A DNA stretch of 64,000 bases from a virus (Duplodnaviria > Caudoviricetes): the IMG/VR virus record IMGVR_UViG_3300028412_000003, one strand, 5' to 3'. Numbering within the stretch: the first letter of the stretch is position 1; each line of letters begins with the position of its first letter. The position numbers and the translations under genes were made by a program. The notes beneath the pieces are model-generated. The model worked only from the letters and a program-made list of their open reading frames with translations. It did no database searches and was not told the origin of the DNA. Positions 58,885 to 64,000 of this stretch are shown here, one piece after another.

Positions 58885-58893
58885 GTATTTATG
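58885..58893 (-). promoter_or_regulatory. Late-promoter-like element (CATAAATAC) before Mtd_N fibre gene
   Basis: Minus-strand TAAATA about 33 nt upstream of the 58853 start. Confidence 0.5.
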
Positions 58894-59214
58894 TCATTTC
58901 TGTTTCTTCATGAAGATCCTAGTTCGTCGTTTTATATCATTTTTAACGCGTTCGGTATCTAAACGAAAATCAACATGTACGATGACATCTTCAAATTCTG
59001 CAAAAAGTTCTTCGAGGTCGTCTTCGATTGCTCTAGCTACATCTTCTGTGTTTTTGTTAAGTTTTCGATTATCAAATTCAATTTCCCAAACTCGACCATC
59101 ATCAAATGTAACGTAAATGGCATGAAGATACTCAACGGGTATAACACTTATTTCTACATCCGCAAGTACTTCAGGCCATTGTTCTATAGCTTCGTCAGGC
59201 AGTTTGCGAGACAT
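58894..59214 (-). CDS. Hypothetical protein
   Basis: 106-aa acidic ORF coupled to 59214-59843. Confidence 0.6.
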   Translation of the reverse strand: MSRKLPDEAIEQWPEVLADVEISVIPVEYLHAIYVTFDDGRVWEIEFDNRKLNKNTEDVARAIEDDLEELFAEFEDVIVHVDFRLDTERVKNDIKRRTRIFMKKQK

Positions 59215-59843
59215 TAGCCCGTTTCTTCAACGGTGTCGGCTGTGTCAGATAGCTCTTTAGCCATCTTTCTTAAACGTTGTGCCTCTTTAAACATAGCATC
59301 CGCTTGAGAACGATAAGACTTAGCAAGGTCTTCATCCGACAAAGGCTTCTCTTCAATTGTTATAGCTTCGTCAACTGTTCCATCTGGCTTGATTGCATAT
59401 TCTGCAGCAGACTGACTAGCATCCATTTTAGGAGAGGAGTCTTCTGCCTTCTTTTTTACTTGATCCGCACCTAATGCTAGATCGGCAACAGTTACACCTT
59501 TTTGTTCGGCTATGAGTTTGTTAAGCTCATTCAACATAATCGAAGTTTGATTGTTTGGAATCATTTCAACTATATTAGTTGGCAACTTTGTTAGCTTACC
59601 TTCCTTGTGAAAGGCACGAAGCATATTGCGTCCATCAGGAATAGTAGAACGATTCATTGCTTCTGCAAACTCGTATACCGTTTGTCCTGTGTTAGACTCT
59701 AACACACGCATCATCGCATCATGATAATCTGAATTTAAGCTATCAGTTTGTACTACAAGACAGCTATCAGCATCACCCGGAATAACTCGATAAGCCACTA
59801 CTAGCTTACGTCGGTTATTTTTTAGTCTTCCTACATGCTTCAT
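59214..59843 (-). CDS. Hypothetical protein
   Basis: 209-aa ORF with predicted coiled C-terminus (AKSYRSQADAMFKEAQRLRK); ATGA overlap with upstream gene. Confidence 0.65.
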   Translation of the reverse strand: MKHVGRLKNNRRKLVVAYRVIPGDADSCLVVQTDSLNSDYHDAMMRVLESNTGQTVYEFAEAMNRSTIPDGRNMLRAFHKEGKLTKLPTNIVEMIPNNQTSIMLNELNKLIAEQKGVTVADLALGADQVKKKAEDSSPKMDASQSAAEYAIKPDGTVDEAITIEEKPLSDEDLAKSYRSQADAMFKEAQRLRKMAKELSDTADTVEETG

Positions 59844-60073
59844 TGTGCTGCTCCTCCATTTTGTTGAGCAGTCAGTGCATTGATTATTGCATCTATCTTG
59901 TTATAAACTTGTCCAACTGATTCAAGTTCGCCTGCTTTAAATGCTCCGCGTTGTGACGCTACGTCAATTATACTACGGATAGTAGCTAGGTCTTTTATAC
60001 TGATGTCGGAGTGATTTCCGCTTTCAGTTTGAGAAACAGGTTGTTCCTCTTTTGTAGTTTCTTTTGTTGACAT
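59840..60073 (-). CDS. Hypothetical protein
   Basis: 77-aa ORF with AGGAGG SD; DL..IRSIIDVASQRGAFKA.EL..VG..YNK helical motif. Confidence 0.65.
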   Translation of the reverse strand: MSTKETTKEEQPVSQTESGNHSDISIKDLATIRSIIDVASQRGAFKAGELESVGQVYNKIDAIINALTAQQNGGAAQ

Positions 60074-60083
60074 CTATGCCTCC

Positions 60084-60117
60084 TAATATGCGTCATTTAG
60101 TACGCATATTATTTATC
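60084..60117 (-). promoter_or_regulatory. Late-promoter-like GATAAATA overlapping a 10-bp hairpin abutting the SD of 60073
   Basis: Inverted repeat TAATATGCGT (60084-60093) / ACGCATATTA (60102-60111); AGGAGG begins at the stem end. Confidence 0.55.
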
Positions 60118-60124
60118 ACATAGA

Positions 60125-60394
60125 TTAATTTGGATATGAAATTATGAAGTAGCTTAATTCACTAGGCTTTTCAAATCCTATTTTTTTAGTGGTGATTATG
60201 TTACCATCTATTATTTCAGTAGTGTCATCAAAATAATAACGTCCGGATAGTTTACGTTCAATCCATTCAATTACATTAGATTCCCAATACTTTAAAATAA
60301 CAGTATTAAGGATTTCGTATTCGAAGTGAGGAGGGGCAACCGGCACCCTCCTCACTCCAAAGTAATCCAATGGATTAGGTTTCTTAAGCTTCAT
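60125..60394 (-). CDS. Hypothetical protein
   Basis: 89-aa ORF directly downstream of the vWA gene. Confidence 0.55.
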   Translation of the reverse strand: MKLKKPNPLDYFGVRRVPVAPPHFEYEILNTVILKYWESNVIEWIERKLSGRYYFDDTTEIIDGNIITTKKIGFEKPSELSYFIISYPN

Positions 60395-60395
60395 C

Positions 60396-61649
60396 TTATT
60401 CTTCGTAATGAGCAGTTACACCAAACGGTGCTTGCAGAGATTTATTTGAATTACCATGAATGATAAACAATGTATCACAGTATTCAGGATCACCCCATGA
60501 ATTATAAGGATACCCGTCAGTAAACATGATAAACAATTTAGGTGCAATTTCTTTGTTTTTCATAAAACTCCAATTTGCATCAAAATCAGTTCCGCCGCCG
60601 CCTTTAATAGAATAGCTACCAATGTCACGACCGTCGTCACCGTTAAACTTATCATGGTTATAAACAGCAGTATCAAAACACCATACGTCAATTTCGTAGT
60701 CTTGAAACTCTTCAACAATGCCTTTTATTTCTGACATAAAATCAGAAGCTTGTTTGTCACCAATAGATCCAGACATGTCAATGCCAATTGCAACCTCGAT
60801 ACGAGTTTGATTGGCACTACCTGGAAGAATAGCACCGCTCTGTTGACCTTTTCGACTTGGTCGCATAAACGTAAAGTCATCCTTTCGAAGACTTTTGATC
60901 TGTTGTTGAATCAATTCTCTCCAATTTATCTTAGGTTCGGTTAACTCACGGATCATACGCTGTATCCCTGCTGGGGTATTTCCAGCACCTGCTCCCATTG
61001 CAGCAGCAATCATATCCTTTTTAATTTCGTCTCGGATCCGACGTAATTCTTCTCTGGTATAACGAGGCTGACCGTTTGCATCAATTCGACCACCACCTTT
61101 ACCGGTTTCGTCTTCCCAATCTAGATGATCATCTAGCAATTGACCAAGTGCGTCTAGTTCGGCGTCGTCCATCTTATTAAAAATATCATCATATACTTCT
61201 TCAGAAGTCCAGTTGTCATATTTCTTATCAATATAGATTTGAATCTGATCAACCATGTCACCAATTCTATCACGAACGAGCAATCCGTTGATTACATAGT
61301 CCGATGCAATATTAAAGATTCGGTGATCACGATCTTCTTTACGCAATCCGTGTTCAAACATGCAATGATAAATCTCATGTGCGATAACAAATTCAGTCTG
61401 CTTAATACTAAGCTGATTAAAGAACTCGACATTATAGTAAAGATTTTTACCGTCTGTTGCAGCAGTATTGCAAAATGCACCACCTTCTTGAATTTTCAAT
61501 CGAGTTGACATATTGCCAAAAAATGGATGTCGAAGCAAGAGTGCAATCCGCGCCGTGATAATCTTATCAACTACTTCTGGTCGCATTGCTTCAATTTCAG
61601 CTTCGGTAATATCGGGATTAGGCTTCCAACTCTTAATATTGACAGTCAT
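60396..61649 (-). CDS. Metallopeptidase-like (HExxH) plus vWA domain protein (DUF2201-type)
   Basis: Start refined from 61706 to ATG 61649 (GAGGAG SD). TAATDG, AHEIYH (HExxH), N.A.D..IN; MIDAS DMSGS, GGGT, FTDG. Confidence 0.85.
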   Translation of the reverse strand: MTVNIKSWKPNPDITEAEIEAMRPEVVDKIITARIALLLRHPFFGNMSTRLKIQEGGAFCNTAATDGKNLYYNVEFFNQLSIKQTEFVIAHEIYHCMFEHGLRKEDRDHRIFNIASDYVINGLLVRDRIGDMVDQIQIYIDKKYDNWTSEEVYDDIFNKMDDAELDALGQLLDDHLDWEDETGKGGGRIDANGQPRYTREELRRIRDEIKKDMIAAAMGAGAGNTPAGIQRMIRELTEPKINWRELIQQQIKSLRKDDFTFMRPSRKGQQSGAILPGSANQTRIEVAIGIDMSGSIGDKQASDFMSEIKGIVEEFQDYEIDVWCFDTAVYNHDKFNGDDGRDIGSYSIKGGGGTDFDANWSFMKNKEIAPKLFIMFTDGYPYNSWGDPEYCDTLFIIHGNSNKSLQAPFGVTAHYEE

Positions 61650-61677
61650 AGAACACTCCTCTGTTACTTTATATTTA

Positions 61678-61706
61678 ATTATAAAGCAAATTTCGCAATT
61701 AATCAA
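61678..61706 (-). promoter_or_regulatory. sigma70-type promoter TTGATT-N17-TATAAT before vWA gene
   Basis: -35 at 61706-61701, -10 at 61683-61678, 17-nt spacer. Confidence 0.65.
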
Positions 61707-61709
61707 GAG

Positions 61710-61742
61710 AAAAGACGGATGTTTTTCAACACCCGTCTTTTT
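61710..61742 (-). terminator. Intrinsic terminator after AAA+ ATPase gene
   Basis: Minus strand GACGGGTGTT-GAAA-AACATCCGTC-TTTT (one G-U pair, GNRA loop). A-tract on the other side suggests it may be bidirectional. Confidence 0.75.
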
Positions 61743-61745
61743 AGT

Positions 61746-62840
61746 TTATGCTCGATTTGCAGCCGTGATGTACTTACCGTACTTATTGTGAAACTTCTCA
61801 AAGTGCGGTGCTTCATCAACGTCTACTACTAGACCGTATTGAGTCATAGCAATCTTGACTCCCATAACAACCATTTCTGTATCAAAGTTGTCCATGGAAA
61901 ACTTTAGGAAGCGATCAAACTTTTTAGCGAAGACCTTTTCGTCGTCTTTCTCGTTTGAGTCTTTTAGTTCGTAGCAAAGAGCTACTGTTAAGGAGTACAT
62001 AGCACTGACTTCCTTAGTAGAAATCTTCTCTACCTTCCCGCTCAAGATATCAGTTGGGTTAGGAAGTCCTGCGGAATTCCTACGGTGACCCATGAATTTA
62101 ATAGCAAGCCCCTCACCAATTGAACCGCTCACGAGGTCCATAGTTGTCTCTTCGTTGTCGTCGTCGTAAATCAATTCACTAACAAACGACCAAGAACGAG
62201 GAGTTGCAAAAGAACGACCACTGTTAGGACGGAAATCGTTCAACGAAGCCTTGTCAAATGTAATGTAACCAATAACATCTGGATGTTCACCGTTCTTAAC
62301 AGCCCATTCAAACCAATCATCATAAGATGAAATCATCTCAATGTGAACGAATCGATTAGCAAGAGGAGCAGGCATACGGTTAACAACACCGCGATCACCT
62401 TCGCGGTTACCTGCTGCAATAATGTAAACATTATCGGGCAAAGTGTAAGTACCAACCTTTCGATTAAGAATAAGCTGGTAAGCAGCAGCCTGCACAGAAG
62501 GTGCAGCTGAATTCATCTCGTCTAAAAACAAGATGATATTCTTGTGTTGAGAAGCAAGTTCTTGATCTGGAAGTTCAACCGGGGAACCCCATACCATCTT
62601 CTTAATCTCTGGATCAAAATATGGGATACCCTTAATATCAGTTGGTTCCCACAAAGACAACCGAACGTCAATGACATGAGCATTAAGATCGTCACCTAGT
62701 TGATTAACAATGTCAGACTTACCAATACCTGGCTGACCCCACAAGAAGATAGGACGCTTGCGTCGGTGTGCCCGTAGAATTGCTCGCTTGGCACCCTTAG
62801 GGGTAACCTGACGAACGTTAATATCAATATCTGTAGCCAT
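61746..62840 (-). CDS. MoxR-type AAA+ ATPase
   Basis: Walker A GQPGIGKS, Walker B ILFLDE, MPAPLANRF (arginine finger), ATPRSW; adjacent to vWA gene. Confidence 0.88.
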   Translation of the reverse strand: MATDIDINVRQVTPKGAKRAILRAHRRKRPIFLWGQPGIGKSDIVNQLGDDLNAHVIDVRLSLWEPTDIKGIPYFDPEIKKMVWGSPVELPDQELASQHKNIILFLDEMNSAAPSVQAAAYQLILNRKVGTYTLPDNVYIIAAGNREGDRGVVNRMPAPLANRFVHIEMISSYDDWFEWAVKNGEHPDVIGYITFDKASLNDFRPNSGRSFATPRSWSFVSELIYDDDNEETTMDLVSGSIGEGLAIKFMGHRRNSAGLPNPTDILSGKVEKISTKEVSAMYSLTVALCYELKDSNEKDDEKVFAKKFDRFLKFSMDNFDTEMVVMGVKIAMTQYGLVVDVDEAPHFEKFHNKYGKYITAANRA

Positions 62841-62885
62841 TTGTGTCTCCTTAAATTTTAAACGTCAGTGCTTAATTGTTTTAAA

Positions 62886-62914
62886 ATTATAACAGCACAT
62901 TCTAAGGTTGTCAA
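62886..62914 (-). promoter_or_regulatory. Consensus sigma70 promoter TTGACA-N17-TATAAT with extended -10 before AAA+ gene
   Basis: -35 at 62914-62909, TG-n-TATAAT at 62894-62886, 17-nt spacer. Confidence 0.8.
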
Positions 62915-63354
62915 GTGTCTTTATTGATATCTTCGATATCTATGTCTACATTTTCACCTAATGTTTTTTTCATAGCTTTGTTTAGACCGTATTTGAGAAG
63001 GTTTCCTGAAAACATTGTTAATTCTACTGCCTTTCGCTCTCCTGCTACATATATAGATCTCTCATTAACATAATACGGACAATCAATAAATTTATCAAGG
63101 AATATTAAAACTTGAGTAGTCATTTTTAGTTTATCATAAAATGGGATTTCATAAAGTCTTAAATCAAGATCTCTAACCATGTTAAGTCCATCTTCTGTCA
63201 GACGTAATCCACCCATAGTTTCTCGATGACGTGTGTTCTTAAACCACCTATGGTGATGTTCTTTTATAGACGGTTCATTAACTGCTATATTATTGGCTTT
63301 AAGAAAAATCTTCGTATATGTTTCAGAGTTCATCTCGAAGCATGATTCCTTCAA
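62911..63354 (-). CDS. Hypothetical protein
   Basis: 147-aa ORF (GGLRLT..G; FLD+FIDCPYY); no function recognised. Confidence 0.6.
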   Translation of the reverse strand: MKESCFEMNSETYTKIFLKANNIAVNEPSIKEHHHRWFKNTRHRETMGGLRLTEDGLNMVRDLDLRLYEIPFYDKLKMTTQVLIFLDKFIDCPYYVNERSIYVAGERKAVELTMFSGNLLKYGLNKAMKKTLGENVDIDIEDINKDT

Positions 63355-63616
63355 CTAGTTGATAGACACTAAACTCTGTTGTTTTAAAAAGATCATTCAT
63401 CTTTTTAGCTAAATTTCTAGCATGTCCTGGATTAGAAAAGGAAACCTTCTTATACTTTGGACCAGGATAACTGGTTAACATATTAGATGATTTTAAATTG
63501 AAAGGTTTTCCTTTATAGTAGACTGCCCATATAGCATCTGCTTCTAATATCTGTTCTACTTTGTATGTTTCTCGGTCAGTGTGTTCTAATAATATTGTAG
63601 GCTTTGGTCTTGACAT
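63323..63616 (-). CDS. Hypothetical protein
   Basis: 97-aa ORF (MSRPKP..LLE; PGPKYKKVSFSNPGHA.NLA.K.N) with SD in an upstream hairpin. Confidence 0.65.
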   Translation of the reverse strand: MSRPKPTILLEHTDRETYKVEQILEADAIWAVYYKGKPFNLKSSNMLTSYPGPKYKKVSFSNPGHARNLAKKMNDLFKTTEFSVYQLVEGIMLRDEL

Positions 63617-63617
63617 T

Positions 63618-63649
63618 TGCGTAGTCCCCTTTAACTACGCATATTTATC
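63618..63649 (-). promoter_or_regulatory. Late-promoter-like GATAAATA followed by hairpin enclosing the SD of 63616
   Basis: Minus strand GATAAATA-TGCGTAGT-TAAAGGGG-ACTACGCA-A-ATG; 8-bp perfect stem. Confidence 0.6.
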
Positions 63650-63667
63650 ATTTTTATATTCGTATTT

Positions 63668-63907
63668 TTACCATCCTGTTTTACTTCCTACTTCAACCTT
63701 AATTATTTCAGTTGCAGTTTCATTTGATTCTTTTACAAGTCTCTCTAAGTCACCTTCCATTCGCGACATAACTAGACCAATTGTAAATGCAAGGTCTTTG
63801 GCTTCGTTCATCGAAAGCTTAACTTCCTTTGCATTTGAACGATCAGCCGTTTTAACACGTTGCAGGTATTGTTGTAATGGTAATGTATTAAGTGGTTCTA
63901 TTGGCAT
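63668..63907 (-). CDS. Hypothetical protein
   Basis: 79-aa ORF ending EVGSKTGW. Confidence 0.55.
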   Translation of the reverse strand: MPIEPLNTLPLQQYLQRVKTADRSNAKEVKLSMNEAKDLAFTIGLVMSRMEGDLERLVKESNETATEIIKVEVGSKTGW

Positions 63908-63998
63908 TCTTCAACGCTGCTTTCATTTCAATTTCTGTCTTAAAAGGACCTTTGTATTCATATCCTTCAATTGTTGATACTTTTGGACAAAAAGATTT
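63888..63998 (-). CDS. Hypothetical protein, 5'-truncated by window edge
   Basis: Open frame KSFCPKVSTIEGYEYKGPFKTEIEMKAALKNANRTT* read manually; overlaps start of 63907 gene. Confidence 0.5.
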   Translation of the reverse strand, partial: KSFCPKVSTIEGYEYKGPFKTEIEMKAALKNANRTT

Positions 63999-64000
63999 AA

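Noticed and set aside
269-63977. Many short antisense or out-of-frame ORFs in the track (e.g. 5240-5659, 26705-27079, 41191-41553, 45924-46295, 57772-58071, 63561-63977)
   Set aside because: They lie wholly within long motif-bearing genes, lack SD sites and recognisable motifs, and read as shadow ORFs.
1-64000. Stop-codon reassignment as in some jumbo phages
   Set aside because: Standard code gives dense, uninterrupted ORFs up to 15 kb, and TAA, TGA and TAG all occur as sensible gene ends.
1-64000. tRNA genes, CRISPR arrays, introns or inteins
   Set aside because: Intergenic gaps are too short for such elements, no spaced repeats were seen, and no homing-endonuclease or intein motifs were recognised by eye; a tRNAscan/Infernal run would confirm.

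Overview
AT-rich window from a large, T4-like tailed (myovirus/jumbo-type) bacteriophage genome, read in the standard genetic code. It has three blocks. (1) 1-30603 (+): a contractile-tail baseplate and fibre module: partial hub protein, gp5-like spike with a C-terminal lysozyme-like domain, a CHAP/NlpC-like (TIGR02594-type) hydrolase, gp25, gp6, a 5035-aa giant wedge-like protein, and fibre proteins including tail-collar and autocleaving-chaperone types. (2) 30640-57629 (+): about 27 kb of 30 almost entirely overlapping genes that look like a biosynthetic/tailoring pathway: 13 radical SAM enzymes (8 with an N-terminal SPASM/twitch domain), a 64-aa radical SAM remnant, 4 GT-A-like glycosyltransferases, 2 SGNH-like proteins, a methyltransferase, 4 Fe/2OG oxygenases, 2 His-box membrane desaturases and a probable GNAT. 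It directly follows the fibre genes and shares a late-promoter-like element with a baseplate gene. This is the most striking system here and its product is unknown. (3) 57630-64000 (-): an Mtd_N-type fibre protein, small hypothetical genes behind late-promoter/hairpin elements, and a MoxR-type AAA+ ATPase plus metallopeptidase-vWA pair, each behind a sigma70-type promoter. No tRNA, rRNA, CRISPR array, integrase, transposase or reverse transcriptase was seen. All family calls come from motif recognition by eye; no database searches were run.
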